64,000 nucleotides of DNA from an uncultured Gammaproteobacteria bacterium (GCA_903888615.1 CAISUE010000055.1:3594-67593), one strand, 5' to 3'; positions 35,829 to 46,021 are shown, counted from the stretch's first letter. Notes: a model not told the origin generated them from the sequence alone. Made by a program: numbers and translations.

Positions 35829-37661
35829 ATGCTGCAACTGACTAATGTTTCTTTTTCGCGCGGTGCCAAACCTTTACTGGATGGCGTTAATTTAATCGTT
35901 CATGCGACCCAAAAAGTCGGTATTGCCGGTGAAAATGGCGCGGGTAAATCCAGTTTATTTGCACTATTGCGGGGTGTTTTGGGGCCTGATGTCGGTGAAG
36001 TGTGTGTGCCAAGTCATTTAGCGATTGCCCATTTAGAACAAGAAGTGGCAGCCACCGCTCAAAGTGCGTTGGATTACATCATCGATGGCGATGCTGAATT
36101 ACGGGCCATTGAATTAGCGTTAAATACTACTGAAGATGGCATGGAAATTGCCGAGTTATATGGCAAGTTAGGCGTGATTGATGGCTATACAGCACCAGCC
36201 CGCGCGGCGCAATTGATGAGTGGCTTAGGCTTTAGTTTCGCTGAACAAGCGCGGCCTGTGAGTTCTTTTTCCGGTGGTTGGCGGATGCGCTTGAATTTAG
36301 CGCGCACTTTGATGTGTCGCTCCGATTTATTATTATTGGATGAACCAACCAATCACTTGGATTTAGATGCCATTGTTTGGTTGGAAGATTGGTTGAAACG
36401 TTATCCTGGAACCTTATTATTTATTTCCCATGATCGGGATTTTTTAGATGCCATTGCCACCCACATTGTGCATTTAGAAAATAAACAATTAACCCTGTAT
36501 ACCGGCAATTACAGTGATTTTGAAAAACAATTAGCTGAACAATTAGCGTTACAACAAGCCACGCATGAAAAACAAGTAAAACAACGCGCACATTTGCAAA
36601 GTTTTATCGATCGCTTCAAAGCCAAAGCGTCAAAAGCGACGCAAGCACAAAGTCGTATTAAAGCGCTGGCACGGATGGAAGTGACCCAAGCTGCTTACGT
36701 GCATAGTCCGTTTCATTTTAGTTTTCGCGATTCGACCCCGTGTTCCAATCCACTGCTTAACGTTGATAATGCTGATATTGGTTATGGCGAAAAAATTATT
36801 TTAAAGAAGATTCATTTTGCTTTAACCAACCAAGCGCGGATTGGCTTGATTGGCCCTAATGGTGCTGGTAAATCAACCTTGATTAAATGTTTAGCGGGGC
36901 GTTTAGAGCCATTAACCGGTCAACACTTTATCAATCCTGCTTTAAAAATCGGTTATTTTGACCAGCATCAATTAGATAGTTTAGATGTCAACGCCAGTCC
37001 TCTATTGCATTTGCAACGCATGAGCCCGAATAGCAATGAACAGGATTTGCGTAAATACTTAGGTAGTTTTGGGTTTGCTGGTAATCAAGCGCTGGTGGAA
37101 GTAGGGCCATTTTCGGGCGGTGAAAAGACCCGTTTAGCATTAGCGCTCTTGATTTGGCAAAAGCCCAATTTATTGTTATTGGATGAACCGACCAATCACT
37201 TGGATTTAGAAATGCGCCATGCCCTAACCATGGCGCTGCAAGATTATCACGGCGCGATGATTGTCGTGTCGCATGATCGGCATTTATTGCGCTCGACCAC
37301 CGATACATTAATCTTAGTGGCCAATGGTCAAGTGGTTGAATTTGAACAAGATTTAGATGAATATCAAAAATGGTTGATGAATTACCGACGTGAGGCGAGC
37401 AAAGAAGCGAAAGCAGAGCCACTTGCAACCGTTGCCGCCAAAAAACCCCTTGCCGCGGTTAAAGCACCAATCGTCAATCTTGCCAAGCTGGAGGCGCAGT
37501 TGAGCGATGTTCAAGCACAATTGGCAGCCATAGAATTAGCGCTGGCAGATAACAGTCTTTACGAAGCGATCCACGCGACTCGTTTAGATACGTTAGTTTT
37601 AGAACGAGCGGCCGTGGTGGCAGAGTGTGAGCGTTTAGAAAATTTATGGTTGCTGCACTAA
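35829..37661 (+). CDS. ABC-F family ATPase (two ABC domains, no TM domain; YheS/Uup-like)
   Basis: Two Walker A motifs (GENGAGKSS, GPNGAGKST) and two signature motifs (FSGGWRMR, FSGGEKTR). A charged inter-domain linker and a C-terminal coiled-coil tail are present. Confidence 0.9.
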   Translation: MLQLTNVSFSRGAKPLLDGVNLIVHATQKVGIAGENGAGKSSLFALLRGVLGPDVGEVCVPSHLAIAHLEQEVAATAQSALDYIIDGDAELRAIELALNTTEDGMEIAELYGKLGVIDGYTAPARAAQLMSGLGFSFAEQARPVSSFSGGWRMRLNLARTLMCRSDLLLLDEPTNHLDLDAIVWLEDWLKRYPGTLLFISHDRDFLDAIATHIVHLENKQLTLYTGNYSDFEKQLAEQLALQQATHEKQVKQRAHLQSFIDRFKAKASKATQAQSRIKALARMEVTQAAYVHSPFHFSFRDSTPCSNPLLNVDNADIGYGEKIILKKIHFALTNQARIGLIGPNGAGKSTLIKCLAGRLEPLTGQHFINPALKIGYFDQHQLDSLDVNASPLLHLQRMSPNSNEQDLRKYLGSFGFAGNQALVEVGPFSGGEKTRLALALLIWQKPNLLLLDEPTNHLDLEMRHALTMALQDYHGAMIVVSHDRHLLRSTTDTLILVANGQVVEFEQDLDEYQKWLMNYRREASKEAKAEPLATVAAKKPLAAVKAPIVNLAKLEAQLSDVQAQLAAIELALADNSLYEAIHATRLDTLVLERAAVVAECERLENLWLLH

Positions 37662-37679
37662 CAAATACAGTCTGATGAT

Positions 37680-37766
37680 TGGTGCCGAAAAGAGGACTCG
37701 AACCTCCACAGGGTTACCCCTACAAGCACCTGAAGCTTGCGTGTCTACCAATTCCACCATTTCGGC
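37680..37766 (-). tRNA. tRNA-Leu (anticodon CAG), long variable arm, CCA encoded
   Basis: The reverse complement is GCCGAAATGGTGGAATTGGTAGACACGCAAGCTTCAGGTGCTTGTAGGGGTAACCCTGTGGAGGTTCGAGTCCTCTTTTCGGCACCA. Confidence 0.9.
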
Positions 37767-37802
37767 TAACGGCACTTAGTGTGACTTTTTTATTTGCAAA
37801 AG

Positions 37803-39170
37803 TCAACATTCAGGGATATTAGCAGCCAAACCACCCAAGGAAGTTTCTTTGTAAATACTCATCATGTCTTGACCGGTTTTGAGCATGGTGCGAATGACTT
37901 TATCGAGGGAAACTTTTTTATTTAAGCCATCTTCCAGCAATGCCAATTTACTGAGTTTAATCGCTTTTTCAGCGCCAACTCCATTGCGTTCAATGCACGG
38001 CACTTGCACCAAACCTGCAATTGGATCACAAGTTAAACCCAAATGATGTTCCATGGCCATTTCAGCGGCATTTTCAATTTGTGCCAATGTGCCACCTAAG
38101 ACAGCGGTAAGGGCGCCGGCTGCCATCGAACAAGCAACGCCTACTTCGCCCTGGCAACCGACTTCTGCGCCAGAAATCGATGCACCTTGTTTATAAAGCA
38201 TAGCAATGGCTGATGCGGTTAATAAAAAGTCGATGACGCGCTGGTCTGAAGCGCCAGTATAAAATTGTCGATAAAGGGTCAACACAGAAGGCATGATACC
38301 AGCGGCGCCATTGGTCGGTGCAGTCACGATTCTACCCCCGGCAGCATTTTCTTCATTGACTGCCATGGCATACATCGTTGGCCATAGTGATAAATTGGGT
38401 GTGTGAGCGCGTTCTGGCTTGCCTTGCACAAGCAATTTTTGATAAAGATTGGGTGCTCTGCGAATGACGTTTAAGCCACCGGGCAAGATTCCTTTTGTCA
38501 CTAAGCCGTGTTCAATGCAATCTTGCATGGTATCGGCAATCCGCACTAACTCGGTGCGAATCGTTGTTTCATCACGCCAGGTTAATTCATTAGCCATCAT
38601 TAATTCAGCGATGGATAATTCATGCTGTGCGCACAAAGCCCACAGTTCAGCAGCTGTATGAAAGGCATAGGGTGCACGTAAGGCAGGGTCAAGGCTTGAT
38701 GCTACGTGAGGTTCAATAAAACCACCGCCAATGGAAAAATAGTCTTGCGTGAACATTAATTGCCCTGCAGCATCAAATGCGCTAAAACGCATGCCATTGG
38801 TATGACGTGCCAGGGTTTGGTTTTTATGCCATAAAAAATCGCGTTGATAAGCAAATAAAATAGGATGGCTTGAATTTAGACTCAAGCATTGCGCCTGTTT
38901 AATCGTTTGAAAACAAGGTTGAATGCTCAAAGGATCAATGGATTCGGGCGCATAACCCAATAGGCCCATGAGGATCGCACTGTCAGTACCGTGACCGATG
39001 CCGGTTAATGCCAATGAACCGTATAATTCAATGGTTAAGCGGGCGGTGGCTTGTAACAGGTTTTGTTGTATTAATTGTTCAACAAAGCTTTTAGAAGCTT
39101 TCATGGGGCCAACGGTATGGGAACTGGAAGGGCCAATACCAATTTTAAAAATATCAAATGTACTGATCAT
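37803..39170 (-). CDS. sdaA: L-serine ammonia-lyase (L-serine dehydratase)
   Basis: [23 protein letters not shown] is the canonical N-terminus, and the length is about 455 aa. ATGA start/stop overlap with the upstream gene. Confidence 0.9.
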   Translation of the reverse strand: MISTFDIFKIGIGPSSSHTVGPMKASKSFVEQLIQQNLLQATARLTIELYGSLALTGIGHGTDSAILMGLLGYAPESIDPLSIQPCFQTIKQAQCLSLNSSHPILFAYQRDFLWHKNQTLARHTNGMRFSAFDAAGQLMFTQDYFSIGGGFIEPHVASSLDPALRAPYAFHTAAELWALCAQHELSIAELMMANELTWRDETTIRTELVRIADTMQDCIEHGLVTKGILPGGLNVIRRAPNLYQKLLVQGKPERAHTPNLSLWPTMYAMAVNEENAAGGRIVTAPTNGAAGIMPSVLTLYRQFYTGASDQRVIDFLLTASAIAMLYKQGASISGAEVGCQGEVGVACSMAAGALTAVLGGTLAQIENAAEMAMEHHLGLTCDPIAGLVQVPCIERNGVGAEKAIKLSKLALLEDGLNKKVSLDKVIRTMLKTGQDMMSIYKETSLGGLAANIPEC

Positions 39171-40519
39171 AACATGCACTCAACGATTTTGTTTTTGGTT
39201 CGTGCCCAAAAAAAACAGTAGAAATAAAAATACGCTAAAAGTGTCCCAGCTGCAACGGTACTGATAAAAATAAGCGCGACAGCGTTTAACTTTAAGCTAA
39301 AAACCATAAACCACAATAATAATTGTAATTGTAAATGGCGACTGAAAAAGGGTCGCATGCGTGCTGGCGCATGGCTTTGTTGGTGGCTAAAGAGACATTC
39401 GAGTAAATGGGCAAACCAAGTACTATTTAAATAAAACCCGCTGCTGATTAAGACACTTAATGCCAGTAATGGCATGGCATTAGGTAAGTTTTTGAAGGTC
39501 GTCAAACACCCTAAAATCCAAGAATGTCCATGATGGCTGAAAATGAGTAACAGTATATAAGGATTTAAACATTGACCGAGAATAGCGGTACGTACCGACA
39601 TGCCTCGACAATAAGGTGCTGTTCGAAAAATTAAAGGCGCGATACTGAGCATCCACAAGCTTTGAAATAACAAGTCAGCGTGTTGGCTCAGGAATAAAGC
39701 GGATGAATGGATTGAAAAAAAAGTACTATTTGTTAACCACGGATTGCGTAATAAGCCATTGAGCAAGCATAAAGTGCTCAAAAAAATGCCACTTAAACTC
39801 ATTAGCGTCCAAGCAAAATGGCCGCTTTGGCACCATTGACGTGACATGCGTTGCAAACGGGTATTTTTAAATACGCTAAAGGCTATTGATGAACTTACTA
39901 AAATAGCGGTTAGTGAGATTGGTTCGCTATGAAAATACGATATCACCAAAAATAAGCTGCTAGCGCAAAAACCGATGATGCCAAGGGTGCAACTGGCTTC
40001 TCTTAACCAGGTATTACCAAAAATAACTAACGGGGATGCTGCATGTGCTCCTACGTTAAATAAGGGTACGATCGTCAAGGTTTGTTTCGGTTTAAGGGCA
40101 AGACAAGCGATTATGGCCGTAATGCTAGCGGCTACACAGAGTTTGGCATAAAGATCAACAGTAAAAAACGTCTCTTGCCATAAGAAGGGGGTATTTTGCT
40201 GAGACAATAATGCCTGGATGATCAGTGTTAAAGCCATGCTGGTCACAAGTGCCAGTAATTGCCATAACCAAATGACTTGGAGTGGTTTTAATAATTGTTT
40301 AAACGATAAAGTATGGGTGCCACAGATGAGTCGACTTTTAGAATGCAATAAGAGATAAAGGGTAAAGACGAAGAAACATAAAGCCATTTTTAATGGCCAT
40401 GCCAACTGCATCGGAAAACCGTAATATAAGATAGCGCTGCCAATAAAACAAATAATATAGCGAAAAAAATAATTAGCGTTGAAGTTAATGCGTTGCATGA
40501 CGTGCTTTAGCAATAGCAC
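39167..40519 (-). CDS. Hypothetical polytopic inner-membrane protein (10-12 TM)
   Basis: 450 aa and hydrophobic throughout. Both of its ends overlap the neighbouring genes (ccmI and sdaA), which suggests an operon. No family was recognised by eye. Confidence 0.5.
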   Translation of the reverse strand: MLLLKHVMQRINFNANYFFRYIICFIGSAILYYGFPMQLAWPLKMALCFFVFTLYLLLHSKSRLICGTHTLSFKQLLKPLQVIWLWQLLALVTSMALTLIIQALLSQQNTPFLWQETFFTVDLYAKLCVAASITAIIACLALKPKQTLTIVPLFNVGAHAASPLVIFGNTWLREASCTLGIIGFCASSLFLVISYFHSEPISLTAILVSSSIAFSVFKNTRLQRMSRQWCQSGHFAWTLMSLSGIFLSTLCLLNGLLRNPWLTNSTFFSIHSSALFLSQHADLLFQSLWMLSIAPLIFRTAPYCRGMSVRTAILGQCLNPYILLLIFSHHGHSWILGCLTTFKNLPNAMPLLALSVLISSGFYLNSTWFAHLLECLFSHQQSHAPARMRPFFSRHLQLQLLLWFMVFSLKLNAVALIFISTVAAGTLLAYFYFYCFFWARTKNKIVECML

Positions 40520-41333
40520 GCTGAAGTGTCTTAGCGGTATCCGAATTTTCAGGGACTTGTTGTAATAATTGTTGCCACACAGCGATGGCTTGTGAGTAGT
40601 GGTGCTGTTGATAAGCGATGAGTGCTGTTAAATTAAGTGCGCCGGGGTTAGTTGGATCTTGCTGCAAAACGCGTTGTAAATAATAAGCGGCTTTAGCAGC
40701 ATGCTGGCCACTTAAATAACAACTTTCTGCCAGGGAAAGTTCGACCTCGAGTTGGTTGGGTAACAAGATATTGGCATGGGAAAAAGCAGTCACAGCTAAA
40801 GAATAGTGATTGTTGGTGAAATATAAGCGGCCGAGTAAATACCAAGCCCGCGGATCACTGGGGTGTTTTTTCAACAACGTTTGTAAGGAAGCAATGACTT
40901 TGTCAGCACCACCTAAGCGGTTTAATTCCGTTTCAGCTTGTTGGCTATTTTTTTGCACTTGGTAAAAGTGGAGCAACGTATGCGCTGTGCCTTGGTGCCA
41001 ATAAAATTCGGCGCAGAGACTAATGAGAAGTAAACCCAATAATAGCGTTATCGTTAAGCTAACATGGGTAGAAGGTTTAGCTAGGTTAACATTCGCTTGA
41101 GTGAGTAAATATTCGCGTTGCAGTGCTAATTGATTTTGTTCATAGCTTGCTTGACTGATTTCAGCGCGCGTTAATTGTTGCTTCAATGCGTGCGTTTCAG
41201 CTTGATACCATTGACGCAAGGATAGGTCAGTGGAAGATTTTGTCGCGCGTGATGGGCAATGTGATGCCCAGCTTAATTGCCCTAAGGCAATCAAGCAAAA
41301 TACGCTAAGCAGTATTAAAAAAAGCACGGTCAT
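40485..41333 (-). CDS. ccmI: c-type cytochrome biogenesis protein CcmI (TPR-containing)
   Basis: Two N-terminal TM segments are followed by TPR-like repeats (AWYLLGRLYFTNNHYSLAVTAF, YQQHHYSQAIAVWQQLL). It lies immediately downstream of ccmH with a 4-bp overlap. Confidence 0.7.
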   Translation of the reverse strand: MTVLFLILLSVFCLIALGQLSWASHCPSRATKSSTDLSLRQWYQAETHALKQQLTRAEISQASYEQNQLALQREYLLTQANVNLAKPSTHVSLTITLLLGLLLISLCAEFYWHQGTAHTLLHFYQVQKNSQQAETELNRLGGADKVIASLQTLLKKHPSDPRAWYLLGRLYFTNNHYSLAVTAFSHANILLPNQLEVELSLAESCYLSGQHAAKAAYYLQRVLQQDPTNPGALNLTALIAYQQHHYSQAIAVWQQLLQQVPENSDTAKTLQRAIAKARHATH

Positions 41334-41785
41334 TGTAAAAGTTTCTCTAATGCTTGCGTTTCTTGTGCTGATAAAGGTGTTTGAATAAGCGTATTTTTAC
41401 GCTGCTGCAGTAATGCTAGTAATAGCCACAAAGCGCCGAGCAAGCAGATAAAAGGCGCTAGCCATAACACATAATTTTTGGGGCTAAAGGTGGGTTTAAA
41501 TAAAATAAATTCACCGTAACGGGCGCTTAAATAAGCTTTGATGTCAGCATCGGTTTTTTTTTGCTGCAATTGTTCAGTGATTTGTTGACGTAATTCAATC
41601 GCTAGCGGGGTATTTGATTCTGCTAAGTCTTGATTTTGACACACCACACAGCGCAATTCACGGGTTAATTGTTGATAGCGGTTTTGTTCATCTGCACTAA
41701 GGCCAGTCGTGTTAGCATGGAGTGTTGACCCACAACAGCTCATCAAAAATAGCCACAATACACAGGTTTTTAGGTTAATAGTCAT
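41330..41785 (-). CDS. ccmH: Cytochrome c-type biogenesis protein CcmH
   Basis: LRCVVCQNQDLAESNTPLA matches the CcmH LRCxxCQ motif, with a signal peptide and a C-terminal TM. The ATG at 41785 was chosen because the longer track ORF (to 41833) would overlap tRNA-Leu. Confidence 0.85.
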   Translation of the reverse strand: MTINLKTCVLWLFLMSCCGSTLHANTTGLSADEQNRYQQLTRELRCVVCQNQDLAESNTPLAIELRQQITEQLQQKKTDADIKAYLSARYGEFILFKPTFSPKNYVLWLAPFICLLGALWLLLALLQQRKNTLIQTPLSAQETQALEKLLQ

Positions 41786-41803
41786 GTGAAAACGAACGAT
41801 GAA

Positions 41804-41891
41804 TGGTGCCCGGGGCCGGAATCGAACCGGCATGGATGATTAATCCGAGGGATTTTAAGTCCCTTGCGTCTACCTATTTCGCCACCCGGGC
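41804..41891 (-). tRNA. tRNA-Leu (anticodon UAA), long variable arm, CCA encoded
   Basis: The reverse complement is GCCCGGGTGGCGAAATAGGTAGACGCAAGGGACTTAAAATCCCTCGGATTAATCATCCATGCCGGTTCGATTCCGGCCCCGGGCACCA. Confidence 0.9.
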
Positions 41892-41925
41892 ATTGTTACG
41901 ACATGTTTCTATCAGCTCATTCTAA

Positions 41926-41999
41926 TGGAGGCTAGGCCCGGAATCGAACCGGGGTACGCGGCTTTGCAGGCCGCTACATAACCACTCTGCCACCCAGCC
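41926..41999 (-). tRNA. tRNA-Cys (anticodon GCA), CCA encoded
   Basis: The reverse complement is GGCTGGGTGGCAGAGTGGTTATGTAGCGGCCTGCAAAGCCGCGTACCCCGGTTCGATTCCGGGCCTAGCCTCCA. Confidence 0.9.
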
Positions 42000-42139
42000 A
42001 CACGTATGAGGGATGTGATTGTACCGAGCTTATCGCGTTTTGACAATGCTTTTTGCAGAGTTTTTGAAATACCTTGTTATGGTTTTACAATTTATGCTAA
42101 ATTATGCGATGTTAAGAATAGCATTTGGGTAAACAGCTG

Positions 42140-42214
42140 GTAGCTATTCACCACGTTTTTCGATGTGCTGCTAAAGTTTCCCGTGTGGCGCGTGTTGATG
42201 TGTTGAATAGCGTA
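42140..42214. repeat. Degenerate short copy of the GTAnCTATTCAC MITE family
   Basis: Left end GTAGCTATTCACCACG (42140-42155) pairs with right end GTGTTGAATAGC (42200-42211). The interior GTTTCCCG...GCGCG resembles the arm of copy 2. No clean TSD is visible. Confidence 0.4.
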
Positions 42215-42297
42215 AACCTTTGTTACCAGATGGGCTTGAAAAACCAGCGATTATCCTTTCGCCACTTTTAATCACAGTTAATCGGGAATTTTGCGGC

Positions 42298-43365
42298 ATG
42301 ACGATCTGCAAAAAAAATATGATACTTTTATTGAAAAAACTTCTCGTCATCCTTGTGACTGCAACTTTTATCGTACCTCTGAACCTATTGGCGCAGCAAG
42401 CAATCCAGCCAATAGCGAGTAATTCAACGCAAACTTCAGCCAATATGGCTTCGATGGCTGGCACTTCAGGTGGTAATGCTGCAAGCCAACCAGTCAATAC
42501 CTTGCCAGCTAATTTTGCTTTGCAAAGCAATAGCGCGCAAAATGTTCCACTCCCCCCGCCGGCGGATACGGGTCCTACGCCAGAAGATATCGATACAGCA
42601 AGAAGTAAAGCCTTTGATGCATTAACGCTAACCGCGTTGCCGATGACCAGTGAGCAAATTCGGAAATTGCGCGGTTTATTTGCTCAGTCACAACGTGCTG
42701 CTTCAGCTTATCCAGTGGCGCCGCCAAAAGCGATCATTAGTTCACAGCAAGTTTCCTTAGAACCGGGTGCGACGCCGCCGATCATTCGTTTAGGTCAAGG
42801 CTTTGTGAGTTCGGTTCTCTTTCTTGATTCAACGGGTGCTCCATGGCCTATTCAAGCTTATGATATTGGTAATCCGACAGCCTATAATATTTCCTGGGAT
42901 AAAGTCAGTAATATTTTAATGATGCAATCAATTACCCAATTTACCATGGGTAATTTAGCCATTTTGTTAAAAGGTTTAAGTACGCCGATCATGATCACTA
43001 TTGTTCCTGGCCAGCCCGTAGTCGATTATCGTTTAGAAATGCGCGTTCAAGGCTTAGGGCCAAATGCTAAGCCACAAATTTCCAATGGTTTGCCTGATGC
43101 CGCTGACAGTAGTTTGATGAATCTCTTAGATGGCGTAGCCCCACCTAAGGCTAAACCATTGACGATTCCTAACAGTACGAGTCAAGCTTGGTTGTTGGGT
43201 AAAGATAAGATGTATTTGCGTACCCGGTTAACGCTATTATCACCTGCGTGGATCAGTAAAATGAGTAGTGCCGATGGCATGAATGTTTATGAAATACCAA
43301 AAACATCTTCCATACTGGTCAGTAATCAGGGACAAATTTCTAACTTACCCATTGAAGGTTTGTAA
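42298..43365 (+). CDS. icmK: Dot/Icm T4BSS outer-membrane core protein IcmK/DotH
   Basis: Signal peptide, about 355 aa as in L. pneumophila IcmK. It lies first in the conserved order icmK-E-G-C-D-J-B and has a VirB9/TrbG-like C-terminal half. The track ORF start at 42220 is unlikely. Confidence 0.85.
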   Translation: MTICKKNMILLLKKLLVILVTATFIVPLNLLAQQAIQPIASNSTQTSANMASMAGTSGGNAASQPVNTLPANFALQSNSAQNVPLPPPADTGPTPEDIDTARSKAFDALTLTALPMTSEQIRKLRGLFAQSQRAASAYPVAPPKAIISSQQVSLEPGATPPIIRLGQGFVSSVLFLDSTGAPWPIQAYDIGNPTAYNISWDKVSNILMMQSITQFTMGNLAILLKGLSTPIMITIVPGQPVVDYRLEMRVQGLGPNAKPQISNGLPDAADSSLMNLLDGVAPPKAKPLTIPNSTSQAWLLGKDKMYLRTRLTLLSPAWISKMSSADGMNVYEIPKTSSILVSNQGQISNLPIEGL

Positions 43366-43367
43366 TT

Positions 43368-45929
43368 GTGGCTAAATTAACCAATTTAAAAGTATTGATG
43401 AGTAATAGCCGGACGCGAGTGATTTTTATCGTGACGCTAGCCGTTATTATCGTAGCGCTCGTCATAGCGGTATCTTTTTTTAATCGTGGTGCGCAAACAA
43501 GTTCGAGTAACGTCGGCGGCGTGCCACAAATCAATGCGGTGGTGGGTGGTTTTGACCATGCACCGACTCCTCAATATGCTAAATTACAACGAGAGCAAAA
43601 TGCTGCTCAAGCAACGCAAGCACTGCAAACAGGCGGTACGGCAATACCTACTATTATTGAATCACAAAATTTGGGCGCAGCTCCACCGCTGAGTGCAGCT
43701 CCGCCTGCTTGTACGCCTACGGTTGCAGCAGCTGCAAATGCCGGGCCACAAGCGCTAGGTACTGTGTGTTCTGATGGTACGGTGCGTAATGCACAAGGGC
43801 AAATTGTTGGTCATACTGGGACCGTTGTCCCCGGTGGTTTCATTTATGATAAAAATGGCAAAGTGATCGGTACTGTCGGGCCGGATGGTAAAGTTCGTGA
43901 TGCCAACGGTAAAATCCTTGGTGAAATTGGCGCTGATGGTTTAGTGCGTGATGCTAACGGTAATGTTATCGGTTCAGCTGCTACACCCATTGACAAAGCC
44001 AGTCAAGCTGGAACCTTAGTGTATGGTAAAAATGGTCAAGTGATTGGCGTTGTGGGAGCCGATGGCCTCGTTCGTGATGCTAACGGTAATGTCATAGGGA
44101 CCGTAGGACCCGATGGTGTTGTGCGTGATGCTAATGGCAATGTTATCGGTACTGAAGCAGCGGCTTCCAAAGTAGGGGCTTTGGTTTATGATAAAAATGG
44201 CAAATTATTAGGGACTATTGGGGCTGATGGTCTCGTTCGTGATGCTAATGGGAAGGTTATCGGCACGGTTGGAGCCGACGGCATGGTGCGCGGTTTAGAT
44301 GGCAAAATCATCGGTTCGACGTCACTTTCCGGGCCAAGGGTAGGTTCTAAAGTCTATGACAAAAATGGCAAATTGCTTGGTACCGTGGGAGCTGATGGTA
44401 AGGTTCGTGATGCCAATGGGAATATTGTTGGTGTCGTGGGACCTGATGGCGTCGTTAGGGATGCTAGTGGTAACATTATCGGTGCGGTTGGCACAGCGCC
44501 AAAAGCGGGTACTTTAGTTTACGATAAAAATGGCAAAGTCATAGGGACCGTCGGAGCCGATGGTCTTGTTCGTGATGCCAATGGGAATGTTATAGGGACT
44601 GTTGGACCCGATGGCACCGTGCGTGATGCTAATGGTAATGTTATTGGTTGCGCCAATGCGCTACCTAAAGCAGGAACCTTGGTTTATGATAAAAATGGCC
44701 GGGTTATTGGGACCGTGGGCGCTGATGGCAAAGTTAGGGATGCCAATGGGAATGTTGTTGGTTCGGTGGGGCCTGATGGCGTCGTTAGAGATATCAATGG
44801 CAATATTATCGGCCAAGCGTCAACGCCCGTGCCAGGGACTCCTGTCTACGATAGCAATGGAAAACTAATCGGTTATGTGGGTGCCGATGGGGTAGTTCGT
44901 GACGTAAGTGGTAAAGTGATCGGGACTGTGGGGGCTGATGGCATGGTGCGTGACGCTAATGGCAATATCATTGGCAAGGCGAGTTATATTGCGCCAGGCT
45001 CGCCCGTGTTTGGCCCTGATGGAAAACTCATGGGTACCATTGGACCTGATGGCCGCTTAATTCCCGTAAGTGGTACGGTCAATGCGGGTTCAGTCACCAA
45101 TAATCAACCGCTGGATCCAAAGCAAGCTGCTGCCGCTCAGCAAGCACGTATTTTGGGTATCCAAAAACAACAACAATTACAATCGTTGATGCAAGGGGCG
45201 ATGAATGGGCAAATGTCACAATTACTAGCCGCTTGGACACCGCCGACTCAGCAATATACCCAAGGTATCATTGTTGACCCGAATCATAAAGGTGGCTTTT
45301 CTGCCGGTGGCGAACGTGGAGCGACAGATGGCTCTGGTGGGCCTGATGGTGCATCTGCAGTGAAAACGTTGATCAAAGCGGGTACCGTTACCTTTGCAGT
45401 GTTGAATACGGCGATTAATTCCGATGAGCCAGGGCCGATTTTAGCAACGATCACCGAAGGTAAGTTGAAAGGCGGTAAGATAATGGGTACGCTACAACTG
45501 CAAAAAGAAAAAGTTATGTTAAGTTTTAATTCTATTAATATCCCTGGCGTTGAAGATACTGTTAAATTAAATGTTATTGCTGTCGATCCCAATACAGCGC
45601 GAACAGCGGTTGCCAGTAATGTGGATAATCATTATATGATGCGTTACGGTGCCTTATTTGCTTCTTCTTTCTTGCAAAGTTATTCGCAAGCCGTGACGCA
45701 GGCAGGTTCATCAACAACGTATACCACCGATGGCGTTGTTCATACCTATCCTTCTTTAAACAGTCAACAAAAAATGATCGTTGCTTTAGGCGGTGTGGGT
45801 TCCGCTTACTCCAATGTTATTGCTCAAGCCGTGAATGCACCACCGACGGTTACCGTGGATGCAGGGACCAGCCTCGGAATTTTATTTTTATCTGATATGG
45901 CAACCCCACCGGGTATGGATGACGCTTAA
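43368..45929 (+). CDS. icmE: Dot/Icm T4BSS core protein IcmE/DotG (VirB10/TrbI-like C-terminus, internal repeat array)
   Basis: The GTG start is 2 nt after the icmK stop. It has an N-terminal TM and a long array of G-x-D-G-x-V-R-D-A-N-G-x-V-I-G repeats characteristic of DotG. The C-terminal TrbI-like domain includes ...AVLNTAINSDEPGPILATI.... Confidence 0.9.
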   Translation: MAKLTNLKVLMSNSRTRVIFIVTLAVIIVALVIAVSFFNRGAQTSSSNVGGVPQINAVVGGFDHAPTPQYAKLQREQNAAQATQALQTGGTAIPTIIESQNLGAAPPLSAAPPACTPTVAAAANAGPQALGTVCSDGTVRNAQGQIVGHTGTVVPGGFIYDKNGKVIGTVGPDGKVRDANGKILGEIGADGLVRDANGNVIGSAATPIDKASQAGTLVYGKNGQVIGVVGADGLVRDANGNVIGTVGPDGVVRDANGNVIGTEAAASKVGALVYDKNGKLLGTIGADGLVRDANGKVIGTVGADGMVRGLDGKIIGSTSLSGPRVGSKVYDKNGKLLGTVGADGKVRDANGNIVGVVGPDGVVRDASGNIIGAVGTAPKAGTLVYDKNGKVIGTVGADGLVRDANGNVIGTVGPDGTVRDANGNVIGCANALPKAGTLVYDKNGRVIGTVGADGKVRDANGNVVGSVGPDGVVRDINGNIIGQASTPVPGTPVYDSNGKLIGYVGADGVVRDVSGKVIGTVGADGMVRDANGNIIGKASYIAPGSPVFGPDGKLMGTIGPDGRLIPVSGTVNAGSVTNNQPLDPKQAAAAQQARILGIQKQQQLQSLMQGAMNGQMSQLLAAWTPPTQQYTQGIIVDPNHKGGFSAGGERGATDGSGGPDGASAVKTLIKAGTVTFAVLNTAINSDEPGPILATITEGKLKGGKIMGTLQLQKEKVMLSFNSINIPGVEDTVKLNVIAVDPNTARTAVASNVDNHYMMRYGALFASSFLQSYSQAVTQAGSSTTYTTDGVVHTYPSLNSQQKMIVALGGVGSAYSNVIAQAVNAPPTVTVDAGTSLGILFLSDMATPPGMDDA
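43759..45075 (+). repeat. Coding tandem-repeat array within icmE/dotG
   Basis: Units of about 17 aa (TVGADGLVRDANGNVIG) are nested into 7 full and 1 partial super-repeats of about 53-55 aa, in the form G-T-L-V-Y-D-K-N-G-K-V-I-G + 2 units + a short linker. Confidence 0.85.
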
Positions 45930-46021
45930 CCCAGATAAGTGGTAGAGCATTAGGCGTATTATTTTGAAAATCATTAAGTGATTTTCAATTCATTAATTTT
46001 TTTCAGCAAGTCGGACTCGTT

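Noticed and set aside
42171-42530. The 119-aa minus-strand ORF and the long N-terminal extension of the icmK track ORF (42220-42297).
   Set aside because: The minus-strand ORF is antisense to the icmK start region, and the extension runs through the degenerate MITE copy. The signal-peptide-bearing start at 42298 is the sensible icmK start.
43759-45075. The regular DNA repeats here as a CRISPR array or non-coding satellite.
   Set aside because: The repeats are in frame within icmE/dotG and there are no unique spacers. They translate into the characteristic DotG repeat peptide.
45974-46010. The 10-bp hairpin TTGAAAATCA-ttaag-TGATTTTCAA between icmE and icmG, followed by a T7 run, as an intrinsic terminator.
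   Set aside because: The stem is almost entirely A/T and the T-run is 9 nt away. It is unlikely to terminate efficiently inside what should be one operon, though it could be a weak attenuator.
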